A stretch of DNA of 64,000 bases from an uncultured Staphylococcaceae bacterium (GTDB lineage: Bacteria > Bacillota_I > Bacilli_A > RFN20 > CAG-826), in contig CAZXCV010000001.1 of assembly GCA_964639215.1 (NCBI GenBank), positions 35,168 to 99,167 on the forward strand, read 5' to 3'. Below the pieces are notes generated by a model. It did no database searches and was not told where the DNA came from. It saw only the letters and a program-made list of their open reading frames with translations. Below are positions 11,115 to 21,550 of the stretch, piece after piece. Position numbers and translations under genes: made by a program. Each line of letters starts with the position of its first letter. The first letter of the stretch is position 1.

Positions 11115-12485
11115 TTACTTTTTACCCACTGGTGTGTAGATAAACTTATTTTTGTATGATTCTTTACGATAATAACCCAAACTCGCGAGATGGTCCATCG
11201 ACGTGCGCGCTGTTTCATAGGCGCACCCGAGCGTTTTCTTAAATTGACTGATTGTGTAAAATTTGCCAAGCGTACAATGACGGGCATAAAAATAAGCCTC
11301 TCCACGTTTTAATGCGGGATTTGTTTCCATTAAATGCTCTTCGATCCGCGCGGCATCGACTTCATCAAGGGCAACAGGAACACTAGGTAGGGCCATACGT
11401 TCATCGAGATGAAGCGGTTTATTCAAAGATGATGAGGTCTCATGATCATTATTCATTGGTGGGCTTAATGGTGCGACACTTGGTGAAGCTGGACGTCGTT
11501 CTTCCTCTTTAAGTTCTTCCTTATCGAGGGTAACCGCATGATCGAGTAAGGCCACAACTGCTTGTTCTAGTAGCGGCAAGGTAAACGCTAATAAATAAGT
11601 GACATCGCCTGATTTTTGTACTTCACTCATGACGCGATTGAAGTCATCTCGCGTATCAATGAGGAGCGATTCCAAAACCAATAGTAAGGGCACCTCGTCA
11701 TAATCGGCGTGCGCCAGCATGTTTTTTAAGGTTAAGAGCGCGATTTCTTCTGAGAATGTCTCAAACGGTTTCACGAGCATCATGTAATAGAAAGTGACGA
11801 TTGCTTTGACGATTGGCGAAAATTCTGCGTGGTTAATGAAATCTTGGAGTTGTCCCATCATTTCATCGATTCTGGATGTTGGTGCGGCGACATACGTCTT
11901 TCCGATTAAAGCTTTTTGCTCGATTGAAGCAATTTCTTGGAGTCGGTAAAGTGTACTCATATCTTCTTGTCCACTCAATAGACTATAAATAGCAGCCCAA
12001 AACGCTTCGTCGATCGGATCATTTAGATGTGTCTTGGTATATTTGATGGCATTATAGTAATTCAATAAAATCATCCGGTCAGGACTAATGGTTGAAAGCG
12101 TGTCATTAACAACACTTTTTAAAAATGAATCGTTGATGTTTAAGCGGTACTTTTGGGCGACAAAGGCGAGTTGTTGCGCATGAAATTCCTGTTCATAGGC
12201 GGCATAGTTAATTGATGTTTTTGATGTTTTGTTTAAACGAAGCCACGCTTTCATCATCTGCCGTTCAATCGCGTTAATTTTATCATTTAACGAAGGGGTT
12301 ACGACGACGCTTAACGGACCATGATCGATGGAGCGTAATGCAAGATAACGTGTGAATTGCCCCCGATATTTGATGATATTCGTCCAAATGACATCGATTA
12401 AAGATGTCCCCAAAGCTTTGGCGACTTCCGAACGTGTGGCATACGTTTCGTTACTAAAGCGAATTGCTAAATCATCATTTCCCAT
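11115..12485 (-). CDS. Fic-fold protein (Fic_N + Fic core + C-terminal wHTH, COG3177-like) with a degenerate active-site motif; likely a pseudoenzyme
   Basis: YVAAPTSRIDEMMGQLQDFINHAEFSPIVKAIVTFYYMMLVKPFETFSEEIALLTL aligns with the Fic consensus YVPPxP...FxN....P.LIKAALAHYQFE.IHPFxDGNGRxGRLL. The HPFxDGNGR motif is replaced by KPFETFSEE. The C-terminal helices (VLESLLIDTRDDFNRV...GDVTYLLAFTL) and a terminal wHTH (GKFYTISQFKKTLGCAYETARTSMDHLASLGYY) are conserved. Confidence 0.6.
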   Translation of the reverse strand: MGNDDLAIRFSNETYATRSEVAKALGTSLIDVIWTNIIKYRGQFTRYLALRSIDHGPLSVVVTPSLNDKINAIERQMMKAWLRLNKTSKTSINYAAYEQEFHAQQLAFVAQKYRLNINDSFLKSVVNDTLSTISPDRMILLNYYNAIKYTKTHLNDPIDEAFWAAIYSLLSGQEDMSTLYRLQEIASIEQKALIGKTYVAAPTSRIDEMMGQLQDFINHAEFSPIVKAIVTFYYMMLVKPFETFSEEIALLTLKNMLAHADYDEVPLLLVLESLLIDTRDDFNRVMSEVQKSGDVTYLLAFTLPLLEQAVVALLDHAVTLDKEELKEEERRPASPSVAPLSPPMNNDHETSSSLNKPLHLDERMALPSVPVALDEVDAARIEEHLMETNPALKRGEAYFYARHCTLGKFYTISQFKKTLGCAYETARTSMDHLASLGYYRKESYKNKFIYTPVGKK

Positions 12486-12573
12486 AGTTATGCCTTTTAC
12501 CTTATTACAAAGATAACAAACAATCGACTAATTTTCTACTAAATTGTCTGGTCATTTTCAGCAATTTCATCGA

Positions 12574-14385
12574 TTATTCGTCATCAAGCGATAAAACAGT
12601 CATGAACGCCTCTTGGGGTACTTCAACCGACCCAATCGCTTTCATGCGTTTTTTTCCTTCTTTTTGTTTATCTAGGAGCTTGCGTTTCCGTGAGATATCG
12701 CCACCATAACATTTAGCTAAAACGTCTTTGCGAACAGCTTTTATATTGCTGCGCGCGATGATTTTTCCTCCAATTGCTGCTTGGACCGGAATTTCAAATT
12801 GTTGCCGTGGAATGATGTCCTTGAGCTTACGAACAATCACACTCCCACGATCAAAGGCATTCCCTTTAAAGACGATGGTCGAAAGTGCGTCAATTGGTTC
12901 ACCATTAAGTAAAATGTCCATTTTCGTAAGGTTACTCGCCCGATATTCGGCCAGTTGATAATCAAGGGAAGCATAACCTTTCGTCGTACTCTTCAACCGA
13001 TCAAAAAAATTGAAAATAATTTCGGCTAATGGTAGTTCATACTTAATAATCATCCTTGTATCATCGAAAAATTCGAGATCGACATGGATTCCACGCCGTG
13101 CTTGGCATAATTCCATCACGGCACCGACGTATTCCTTCGGTGTCATAATCGAAGCCAGGACATAGGGCTCTTGGATTTCTTTAATCAAGGTTGGATGTGG
13201 TAACTGGCTCGGATTATCAAGATTGATGATGTCATCGTTATTCATATGGACTTTATAAATGACGCTCGGTGCTGTCAAGATTAAATTCAGCCCGTATTCG
13301 CGTTCAAGTCGTTCTTGCACGACGTTCATGTGGAGTAAACCTAAAAAACCACAGCGAAATCCAAAGCCAAGTGCCTGGGAGTTTTCTGGTTCATATTTTA
13401 GGGCTGCATCATTGAGCGATAATTTTTCAAGCGCATCTTTGAGATCGCCATATTTTTTGGAATCAACCGGATAAAGCCCGCAGTAAACCATCGGATTAAT
13501 GTGGCGATAGCCTGGCAATGCCTCTTCAGCGGGACGTGAAGCGAGGGTCACTGTTTCTCCCGAATGGACATCTTTGATATCTTTAATTTGAGCAGCAATA
13601 TAACCAACTTCACCTGAATATAGCACATCGCGTTTTTCTTCTTTGGGAGTCCGAATTCCAACCTCGGTGACTAAATATTTCTTATTGACGGCCATCAGTA
13701 AAATCGTATCCCCGACTTTGACTGTGCCTTGTTTGATGCGGATTTGGATGATTACGCCGCGATATGAGTCATAGAATGAATCAAAAATAAGTGCTTTTAA
13801 GGGTCCGTTCACATCACCTTTAGGACAAGGGACGTACTTCACGACTGCCTCGAGCACAGCCTTAATATTCAAACCCGTTTTCGCGGAAATGGGAATCGCA
13901 TGTTCGATTGGCAAACCAATGCGATCACGAATTTCTTCTTTGGTATGTTCAACATTAGCTGAGGGTAAATCGACCTTATTAATCACCGGTATTATTTCTA
14001 AATCATTGTCGATAGCGAGATAGACGTTCGCTAATGTTTGGGCTTCGACGCCTTGTGAGGCGTCAACGACAAGTAATGCACCCTCACAAGCTGCAAGCGA
14101 TCGCGATACTTCATATGTGAAATCAACATGCCCTGGTGTATCAATTAAATTAAAGACATAATCTTGTCCATCATCAGCATGATATTTTAAGGTTACCGAG
14201 GTTAGTTTAATCGTGATACCACGTTCTCGTTCCAAATCAAGTGAATCGAGCAGTTGTTCTCGCATATCACGGCTACTAACCGTTCCAGTTAATTCTAAAA
14301 TCCGATCAGCCAAAGTTGATTTGCCATGATCAATATGAGCGATAATTGAGAAGTTACGAATCCGTGATCGGTTAAAATTATTCAT
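12574..14385 (-). CDS. lepA: elongation factor 4 (LepA)
   Basis: 603 aa with [20 protein letters not shown] (G1) and DTPGHVDF motifs and the LepA C-terminal domain. Confidence 0.95.
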   Translation of the reverse strand: MNNFNRSRIRNFSIIAHIDHGKSTLADRILELTGTVSSRDMREQLLDSLDLERERGITIKLTSVTLKYHADDGQDYVFNLIDTPGHVDFTYEVSRSLAACEGALLVVDASQGVEAQTLANVYLAIDNDLEIIPVINKVDLPSANVEHTKEEIRDRIGLPIEHAIPISAKTGLNIKAVLEAVVKYVPCPKGDVNGPLKALIFDSFYDSYRGVIIQIRIKQGTVKVGDTILLMAVNKKYLVTEVGIRTPKEEKRDVLYSGEVGYIAAQIKDIKDVHSGETVTLASRPAEEALPGYRHINPMVYCGLYPVDSKKYGDLKDALEKLSLNDAALKYEPENSQALGFGFRCGFLGLLHMNVVQERLEREYGLNLILTAPSVIYKVHMNNDDIINLDNPSQLPHPTLIKEIQEPYVLASIMTPKEYVGAVMELCQARRGIHVDLEFFDDTRMIIKYELPLAEIIFNFFDRLKSTTKGYASLDYQLAEYRASNLTKMDILLNGEPIDALSTIVFKGNAFDRGSVIVRKLKDIIPRQQFEIPVQAAIGGKIIARSNIKAVRKDVLAKCYGGDISRKRKLLDKQKEGKKRMKAIGSVEVPQEAFMTVLSLDDE

Positions 14386-14424
14386 AGGTGCTTGTATATT
14401 TTATCTTATCAAATATAAATTGCA

Positions 14425-16773
14425 TTAGTTTCGTATCTCATTCCAAAAAGTTGTTAATAGTTCCGCTAAATCATCGGGCGTAATCACTGCTTCATACTCC
14501 GACCACTCAGCTTTAAACATCGCGCGGTATCGCGTTTCTAAATATCGATCGTCAATAAGTAAGGCTATCCCACGATCAGATTCTGAACGAATTACACGAC
14601 CAACGGCTTGCATGACGCGATTCATCCCAGGATATGCATAACTAAACGCGTAACCATCCCATGACCGCGCCTCGAAATAATCGCGGATTAAATCACGTTC
14701 AAATGATAGCTGCGGTAAACCAACACCGACGACAATCGAACCAATCAATCGATCTTCGATTAAATCAATTCCCTCTGAAAAGGGACCACCCAACACCACA
14801 AAACCAGCGGTCGTTACCGTCGGAGCATGTTTAAATTCAGCGAGAAATGCTGTTTGAGCCGTTAAATCCATATCTTGTTCTTGCATGATAATGTCAATGT
14901 CCACACCTGTTTTCATATGAGCACGAACCTCATGCATATACTTATAACTTGGGAAAAAAACAAGGTAGTTTCCTAAGCGTGACGAGAGGGCAATTTCAAT
15001 ATAGAGCGCGACTTCATCAAGCGTTGCTTTACGCGCTTTATAACGTGTTGACACTTTTGGAGCGACCATTAATAGTAAATTGTTGGTAGGAAACGGTGAT
15101 GGTAATCGTAAAACTGGATCAGTTAAATCACCACCTAGCATCGGCACATAATAATCAAGAGGCGCTAACGTTGCGCTAAATAAAACTCGCCCTTTCAAAG
15201 GTTGCATCGTCTGTCTTAGAAGTGTGCTGGAATCAAGACATAACAGTTTAATCATGAAGCCAGTCTCTGGTCCATAGGCTTGGTAATATACAAAATGTTC
15301 ATCATAAAAATCACTCAACTTTAAAAAGCGGTTGGCATCGAAATAAAAATCTTTAAATTGTTCGGTCACCTTGTCTGGTAATTTTCGCATTACATCTTGT
15401 GCTTGGACGATGAAGGCGTCGAGTGCTCGTAGCCACACCGTATCTAGAACAATTACTTTTTGATATTCTTTCGTGGTAATGTCGTGTTCTTTGAACAATT
15501 TATTAAGACGTGATAGTGTCTTTTTGAATTTTGGATGCGTCACCTGGCGCATGCTTCTTTTCATTTTTTCATAGCAACCACGGGAAATGTCGCATGAATA
15601 CATCGATCGACTTCGCTCTAATAAATTATGAGCTTCATCGACTAGTAAAAAATGGCGTGAACTGTCAGTATCAAAGAACCGTCTTAGGTATACCGTTGGA
15701 TCGAATACGTAATTGTAGTCACCGATGACAACATCGGTAAAGAGTGATAAATCAAGTTGTAATTCAAACGGACAAATGTCGTATTTTGCGCCATAATCAG
15801 TGATGTTAAAGCGATTAAAGGAAATTTCATGACTTAAGGCCTCAGTCAGCACTTGGCGAATCTTATCATAGTAGCCTTTTGCATAGGGGCATTCATCGGG
15901 ATTACAACTAGCACCAGGATTAAAACATATTTTGTCTTTAGCAGTCAGGACAATATCACGAACCAGAGCACCTTGATCGCGTAAATGACTAACGGCAACA
16001 CTTGCGGCATCATGACCAGAATTTTTAGCGGTAACATAAAAGATTTTTCCATCAATACCACGGCCAAATGCCAAGACAGCTGGATAGAGTGTCGAAATCG
16101 TTTTACCAATACCTGTGGGTGCTTCTGCAAAAAGTGTGCCACCATTTTTAGTCAGTGCATACACGTATTTGGCCAGTTCCCGTTGCCCTTTACGAAATGA
16201 TTTAAAAGGAAATGGGAGCTGCTTGACTGAATCATTTCGTAAAGTAATACGCTCATCGACCGCTCGATAAAAGGCAAGATAGCCACGAATCAGATTGATG
16301 ATTTCATCCTCGAGCTCAGGTACTGACCGTTCATACGATTTTGTCAGCGTTTTCTGATCAGCCTGATTGATATAAATCAGCCGAATTCGAATGAGGTCCA
16401 GATCGTGAGTGATTGCATACATGTGACCATAGAGAAACGCTTGCATCGTGTGCCATTGTTCATGCATCGTTGCGAAAGTATCAAGGTCAGCAACGGTTGT
16501 TTTTACTTCTTCAATAAAAACTTTGCCAAGAATTTGGCGAATTCCATCCGCATAACCTTCAATCGTCACGTCATATTCTTCGACTTGATAAAGATGGCGA
16601 AGAAAATGTTCGGCTTCAAATTCCCCGGTTTGTGCTTGTTGATAAAGCTGATGCATCTTGGTCCCCATTTGCATTGAGGCTTTGTTAAAAATGCGATTAT
16701 CAATGTCACCACTTCGCAGCATGAAATCAACTAGCTCATGGACCGACAAGCGCAGCGCTCGTCTTATTTCCAT
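14425..16773 (-). CDS. RecB-family (PD-(D/E)xK) nuclease fused to an XPD/DinG-like Fe-S SF2 helicase
   Basis: 782 aa. The N-terminal 180 aa carry nuclease motifs IEGYADGIR (GxxD), VFIEEVK (ExK) and QAFLY (QxxxY). Helicase motif I is APTGIGKT, and there is an Fe-S Cys cluster (CFNPGASCNPDECP...DICPF) and a DEAH box (VDEAHNL). It overlaps the fmt stop by 10 nt. Confidence 0.7.
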   Translation of the reverse strand: MEIRRALRLSVHELVDFMLRSGDIDNRIFNKASMQMGTKMHQLYQQAQTGEFEAEHFLRHLYQVEEYDVTIEGYADGIRQILGKVFIEEVKTTVADLDTFATMHEQWHTMQAFLYGHMYAITHDLDLIRIRLIYINQADQKTLTKSYERSVPELEDEIINLIRGYLAFYRAVDERITLRNDSVKQLPFPFKSFRKGQRELAKYVYALTKNGGTLFAEAPTGIGKTISTLYPAVLAFGRGIDGKIFYVTAKNSGHDAASVAVSHLRDQGALVRDIVLTAKDKICFNPGASCNPDECPYAKGYYDKIRQVLTEALSHEISFNRFNITDYGAKYDICPFELQLDLSLFTDVVIGDYNYVFDPTVYLRRFFDTDSSRHFLLVDEAHNLLERSRSMYSCDISRGCYEKMKRSMRQVTHPKFKKTLSRLNKLFKEHDITTKEYQKVIVLDTVWLRALDAFIVQAQDVMRKLPDKVTEQFKDFYFDANRFLKLSDFYDEHFVYYQAYGPETGFMIKLLCLDSSTLLRQTMQPLKGRVLFSATLAPLDYYVPMLGGDLTDPVLRLPSPFPTNNLLLMVAPKVSTRYKARKATLDEVALYIEIALSSRLGNYLVFFPSYKYMHEVRAHMKTGVDIDIIMQEQDMDLTAQTAFLAEFKHAPTVTTAGFVVLGGPFSEGIDLIEDRLIGSIVVGVGLPQLSFERDLIRDYFEARSWDGYAFSYAYPGMNRVMQAVGRVIRSESDRGIALLIDDRYLETRYRAMFKAEWSEYEAVITPDDLAELLTTFWNEIRN

Positions 16774-17699
16774 AGATGACCGAGGTAGTGCCGATGGCCA
16801 TTGAGAAAATCATGTCCGATCGTTGGACGTTTACCCGGAATTTGTAATAAAGTTATCTCGATGTTTCCATCAATCAATTGAAGTAAAAGTTTTCCATTTT
16901 GTTCATGAACAGTTCCAATTTCGTTATCGATCGATGTGTTATATAACTTGGTTGCTAAAAGTTTGATTCGCTCATCATTACTTAAAACATAGCCACCTGG
17001 ACTAGGAGCTAATGCTCTGACATAATTTATAAAATCACGGCTTGATAAACCGATGTTTAAATGCTCTTGTTCTATTTTTATCGAGGGAGCAAAACTAACT
17101 TGTGCCACATCTTGAGGAATACCTTTTAACTCATCATTTAGATATTGTTTTAATAGTAAGGGCACAAATGTATTGATGGTCGCACTCATCCGATTTCGTA
17201 GTGTTTCATAGTTATCATCATCTAGAATTGTGACTGGAATTTGTGCATACATCGGTCCAGCGTCCATTTGCGTGACCATCTCCATCAGCGTAAATCCTGT
17301 TTCCTTGAAACCGTGCATCAAGGCATATTGTATCGGAGCCGCACCACGTAACCTTGGTAACAAACTGCCATGGACGTTTAGTGGACGATACTTCGGCCAT
17401 TTCAGTACGGCATCGGGAACGATTTGTCCATACGCCAAAGTGACGATGAGATCGGCATCGAGATGATTAATGAAATCATGATTAATACGGATTGACGTCG
17501 GCTGAAATATAGGAATATCGTATTTTTCTGCGATGATTTTTGTGGCAGCTTTCATGAGTAAATTACGGCGACCAAAAGAAGCATCAGGCTGGGCAATCAC
17601 AGCGACAATATTAAATTGACCATTAATCAATGTTTCAAGTAATGATGCGGCTATTTCCGGTGTGCCCATAAAGACAACTTTAGCGTGCTTATAATCCAT
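16764..17699 (-). CDS. fmt: methionyl-tRNA formyltransferase
   Basis: 311 aa with VVFMGTPEIAASLL and HGSLLPRLRGAAPIQ. Confidence 0.9.
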   Translation of the reverse strand: MDYKHAKVVFMGTPEIAASLLETLINGQFNIVAVIAQPDASFGRRNLLMKAATKIIAEKYDIPIFQPTSIRINHDFINHLDADLIVTLAYGQIVPDAVLKWPKYRPLNVHGSLLPRLRGAAPIQYALMHGFKETGFTLMEMVTQMDAGPMYAQIPVTILDDDNYETLRNRMSATINTFVPLLLKQYLNDELKGIPQDVAQVSFAPSIKIEQEHLNIGLSSRDFINYVRALAPSPGGYVLSNDERIKLLATKLYNTSIDNEIGTVHEQNGKLLLQLIDGNIEITLLQIPGKRPTIGHDFLNGHRHYLGHLWK

Positions 17700-17786
17700 A
17701 TTTATTCCTAATAAACATTATAATTATATCATTGGTAATCACTAATGAATTGCCATATTATAATATCGCTTTGAGTGAGGTAAATT

Positions 17787-18686
17787 ATGATTTATGAGAA
17801 ATTGACGGATTTAATTGGACACACTCCCGTTTTGCATTATCAAACGATAAATAATAGTGAACTTTATTTAAAACTCGAACAGTTTAATCCGGCTGGTTCT
17901 GTCAAAGATCGGATTGCCCTTTCGATGATTGAAGCTTTGGAGATAGAAGGAAAGTTAACAGACAAAACAACAGTGATTGAAGCCACATCGGGTAATACTG
18001 GGATTGGTTTAGCCTACGTATTAGCCGCTAAAGGGATACCATTAATTTTAACGATGCCAGCCTCGGCTTCAAAAGAACGGATTGATCTATTGAAAGCCTA
18101 TGGAGCGCACGTCATTCTGACACCCGCCGATAAATCAATGACTGGTGCAAAAGCTGTCGCTGCACAACTTAGTAAAGACCATGGTTATCTTTATCTTGAA
18201 CAATTTTCGAATCCCCATAATCCCGAAGCCCATATGAAAGGGACAGCCATCGAAATCATCGACGATTTTTCAAAACTCGACTTTGTTATTTGTGGTGTCG
18301 GAACTGGTGGTACGATTACTGGTTTAAGTCGGATTTTAAGAAATCATTATCGCACAATTAAATTTATCGCCGTCGAACCCGAGGAATCTGCCGTCCTTTC
18401 TGGTCAGGCGCCAGGATCTCATGGTATTTCTGGTATCGGTGCTGGATTTATTCCACCAATACTCGATAAGTCGCAAATCGATCAAATCATTACTATTAAG
18501 ACCGCAGCCGCTCAAGCAAAGGCGAAAGATTTAGCAATCAAGGGTCATTTTTATGGAATTTCTGCTTCTGCCGTTATTATAGCTGGCGAAGAGGTAGCAA
18601 GGGAACACCCCAATTCCATCATCTTAATCATCATTCCCGATGGAGGAATTAAATATATGTCAACCGGAGTGTACAATCATGAATAA
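17787..18686 (+). CDS. cysK: cysteine synthase A (O-acetylserine sulfhydrylase)
   Basis: 299 aa with a PLP-dependent fold ([25 protein letters not shown]). Confidence 0.9.
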   Translation: MIYEKLTDLIGHTPVLHYQTINNSELYLKLEQFNPAGSVKDRIALSMIEALEIEGKLTDKTTVIEATSGNTGIGLAYVLAAKGIPLILTMPASASKERIDLLKAYGAHVILTPADKSMTGAKAVAAQLSKDHGYLYLEQFSNPHNPEAHMKGTAIEIIDDFSKLDFVICGVGTGGTITGLSRILRNHYRTIKFIAVEPEESAVLSGQAPGSHGISGIGAGFIPPILDKSQIDQIITIKTAAAQAKAKDLAIKGHFYGISASAVIIAGEEVAREHPNSIILIIIPDGGIKYMSTGVYNHE

Positions 18687-19194
18687 CAAACCCGAATCTT
18701 TTTTCGCATCAATTAAACGACGCGATCCCGCTGCTCGTCATAATTTACAGATTTTGCTACTATATCCAGGTGTCGCTGCCCTCATCAATTACCGAATTTC
18801 TCACTTCTTTTGGCGTTTAAAACTCAAATTTATCGCTGAGTGGATTGCCAAAGTGTCGCGCCGACGCACAGGGATTGAAATTCATCCAGGAGCGACAATT
18901 GGAAAACGATTTTTCATCGATCATGGAATGGGTGTCGTGATCGGAGAAACAGCGGTGATCGGTGATGATGTTACGATGTACCATGGAGTAACACTAGGCA
19001 CCCGCCTTGGAGGACGTGGCAAGCGACATCCAACCATAGGAAATCGCGTGATGATAGGTGCCGAATCAATGATTTTAGGTAATATCAATGTCGGTGATGG
19101 GGCAAAAATCGGAGCCAACTCCACGGTTATTAAAGATGTCGCTCCCGGTGAAGTAATCATCACTTGTTCAAGACGTGATAATAAACCGGATTAA
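18679..19194 (+). CDS. cysE: serine O-acetyltransferase
   Basis: ATG at 18679 (MNNKPESFF), overlapping the cysK stop. It has left-handed beta-helix hexapeptide repeats ([31 protein letters not shown]). Confidence 0.85.
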   Translation: MNNKPESFFASIKRRDPAARHNLQILLLYPGVAALINYRISHFFWRLKLKFIAEWIAKVSRRRTGIEIHPGATIGKRFFIDHGMGVVIGETAVIGDDVTMYHGVTLGTRLGGRGKRHPTIGNRVMIGAESMILGNINVGDGAKIGANSTVIKDVAPGEVIITCSRRDNKPD

Positions 19195-19252
19195 TCTTGC
19201 ACCTAAGCTAGGGATATGGTAAAATTCATCGAGTTGAAAATGAGGTATTAAT

Positions 19253-19516
19253 ATGGCAAACATCAAATCACAAATTAAACGCAATCTCACAAATGAGAAG
19301 GCTCGCACGCACAACGCGGCGATAAAATCAACAGTGCGGACAGCTATTAAGAAAGCTGACAAAGCAATTGTCGCTAAAGATAAACAATTGGCAACAACAT
19401 TGTGCACCGATGCCCTCGCTTTGATTGACAAGGCTATTTCGAGCAAAGTTCTATCACCTGAAGCCGGCGCTCGTCAAAAAAGCAGTTTACAACGCCGTTT
19501 GAATACCTTAGCTTAA
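19253..19516 (+). CDS. rpsT: 30S ribosomal protein S20
   Basis: 87 aa, MANIKSQIKRNLTNEKARTHNAAIKST..., a basic helical protein typical of S20. Confidence 0.9.
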   Translation: MANIKSQIKRNLTNEKARTHNAAIKSTVRTAIKKADKAIVAKDKQLATTLCTDALALIDKAISSKVLSPEAGARQKSSLQRRLNTLA

Positions 19517-19531
19517 TATTTTTCACAAAAG

Positions 19532-19560
19532 ATGGTTCCCGATAAGAACCATTTTTATTT
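19532..19560 (+). terminator. Rho-independent terminator after rpsT
   Basis: ATGGTTC-ccgataa-GAACCAT hairpin followed by TTTTATTT. Confidence 0.7.
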
Positions 19561-19589
19561 GCCTAAATAAATATGATATGATTTTTAAT

Positions 19590-20708
19590 ATGAAAACACT
19601 AAAATCAAATCCACGTACTGATGGTTTTCGAATGCCCGCTGAATTCGAACCGCATCGTGGTACATTATTAACCTACCCGTATCGGACCGATGTGTGGCGC
19701 CTAGATGGAGTACCCGCTCAAGATAACTACATCGAAGTGGCAAGTGCTATCGCTAAGCATGAACCGGTGTTCATTGCCGTACCGCCACATCTGATGGTGG
19801 AAGCCGAGGCTCGTTATCAAATTCCGAATGTCACATTGATACCCTTAGAAAGTGATGACGCCTGGATGCGCGACAACGGTCCAACGTTTGTCATAAATGA
19901 CAACCAAGAATTACGTGGCATTGACTGGGTGTTCAATGCTTGGGGTGGCGATTATGACGGTCTTTATAAACCATGGGATACCGATGATGCAATGGCTGAG
20001 TCAATTCTGAAAATTTGGAATGTTGATCGCTATCGTACGCATAATTTTGTGCTTGAAGGCGGCTCGATTCACGTTGATGGGCAAGGTTTAGCCTTAGTCA
20101 CCGAAACTTGCTTGCTATCTCCTGGTCGCAATCCACATATGAGTAAACGTCAAATTAGCGAAATGCTCAAGAAATACTTGAATGTCAAAAAAGTCATTTG
20201 GTTACCATTTGGTGTTTATAACGACAATACGAACGGTCACATCGATAACATTGCATGTTTTGTGGCTCCAGGCCATGTTTTAATCGCGCTGTTCGATGAC
20301 AAAAATGATCCGCAGTATGCAATGTCACAAGCCTCACTCAAAGCATTGGAAAAAGCACGTGGTATCGATGGCAAACCATTAAAAATCTCTAAGATGATTT
20401 TCCCGACGAAACTCGTGTACTCAAGCGAAGAAGAAAGCGGTACTGTCGACGAGGATGAAAATGCCATTGCGCGACCTGCCCATAAGCGGCTTGTCGCTAG
20501 CTATATAAATTTTTACATTTGTAATGGCGCCATCATCATGCCAGCCTTCAATATGCCATCAGACCAACAAGCGCAAGCGATATTGGCAAATCTCTTTCCG
20601 GACCGTGAAATTATTCCGATATACTCGAGGGAAATTCTCTTGGGTGGTGGTAACATTCACTGTATAACGCAACAAATTCCACAAGGGAAAACGAATGATG
20701 AACGTTAA
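19590..20708 (+). CDS. aguA: agmatine deiminase
   Basis: Porphyromonas-type peptidylarginine-deiminase fold ending in GGGNIHCITQQ with the catalytic Cys. It overlaps aguB. Confidence 0.85.
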   Translation: MKTLKSNPRTDGFRMPAEFEPHRGTLLTYPYRTDVWRLDGVPAQDNYIEVASAIAKHEPVFIAVPPHLMVEAEARYQIPNVTLIPLESDDAWMRDNGPTFVINDNQELRGIDWVFNAWGGDYDGLYKPWDTDDAMAESILKIWNVDRYRTHNFVLEGGSIHVDGQGLALVTETCLLSPGRNPHMSKRQISEMLKKYLNVKKVIWLPFGVYNDNTNGHIDNIACFVAPGHVLIALFDDKNDPQYAMSQASLKALEKARGIDGKPLKISKMIFPTKLVYSSEEESGTVDEDENAIARPAHKRLVASYINFYICNGAIIMPAFNMPSDQQAQAILANLFPDREIIPIYSREILLGGGNIHCITQQIPQGKTNDER

Positions 20709-21549
20709 AGTAGCCGCAATCCAAATGGCAATGAGTTGGGATCAACAAAATAATCTAGCGACGGCTGATAAACTAGTTCGCGCCGCCGCTAAAGATGGTG
20801 CCAACATTATTTTATTACCAGAATTATTCATGACACCTTATTTCCCCCAACTGGAAAAATATGAATATTTTGAGTTAGCCACATCCATCGAGCACAATCC
20901 TGCTATCAATCATTTTAAACAAGTCGCTAAAGAGTTACACATCGTCTTACCAATTTCATATTTTGAAGTCGAAAACAATGTTTTTTATAATTCACTCGTC
21001 GTGATTGATGCCGATGGTAAGAACCTCGGGAATTATCGAAAAACTCACATTCCGACGGGTACAAGTTATGAGGAAAAGTTTTACTTCACGCCTGGTGATA
21101 CGGGCTTCAAGGTGTTTAAAACAATATTTGGAACGATCGGAATTGGCATTTGCTGGGATCAATGGTTCCCAGAAACCGCTCGCATTCTCGCGTTACAAGG
21201 CGCAGAGCTCATCTTCTATCCGACAGCGATTGGGAGTGAACCGACTTTACCAATTGATAGCCGCGACCATTGGCAAAACGCGATGAAAGGTCATGCCGCT
21301 AGTAACCTAATTCCTGTGATAGCGGCAAATCGCATTGGAGTCGAAACCGACGAGACATCGACGATGACTTTTTATGGCTCTTCCTTTATTTGTGACGAGA
21401 CAGGAGCAATTATTGCGAGTATGGACCGTACGACAACAGGTCATATTGCAGCAACCTTTGATTTAACTCGCATCAAAAAATACCGCTATAGCTGGGGCAT
21501 ATTTCGGGACCGACGTCCGAGCATGTATCATCCAATCTTAAAGAAATAA
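20695..21549 (+). CDS. aguB: N-carbamoylputrescine amidase (nitrilase superfamily)
   Basis: 284 aa with VKVAAIQMAMSWD, LPELF and GIGICWDQWFPE, giving the CN-hydrolase Glu/Lys/Cys triad. Confidence 0.85.
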   Translation: MMNVKVAAIQMAMSWDQQNNLATADKLVRAAAKDGANIILLPELFMTPYFPQLEKYEYFELATSIEHNPAINHFKQVAKELHIVLPISYFEVENNVFYNSLVVIDADGKNLGNYRKTHIPTGTSYEEKFYFTPGDTGFKVFKTIFGTIGIGICWDQWFPETARILALQGAELIFYPTAIGSEPTLPIDSRDHWQNAMKGHAASNLIPVIAANRIGVETDETSTMTFYGSSFICDETGAIIASMDRTTTGHIAATFDLTRIKKYRYSWGIFRDRRPSMYHPILKK

Positions 21550-21550
21550 C

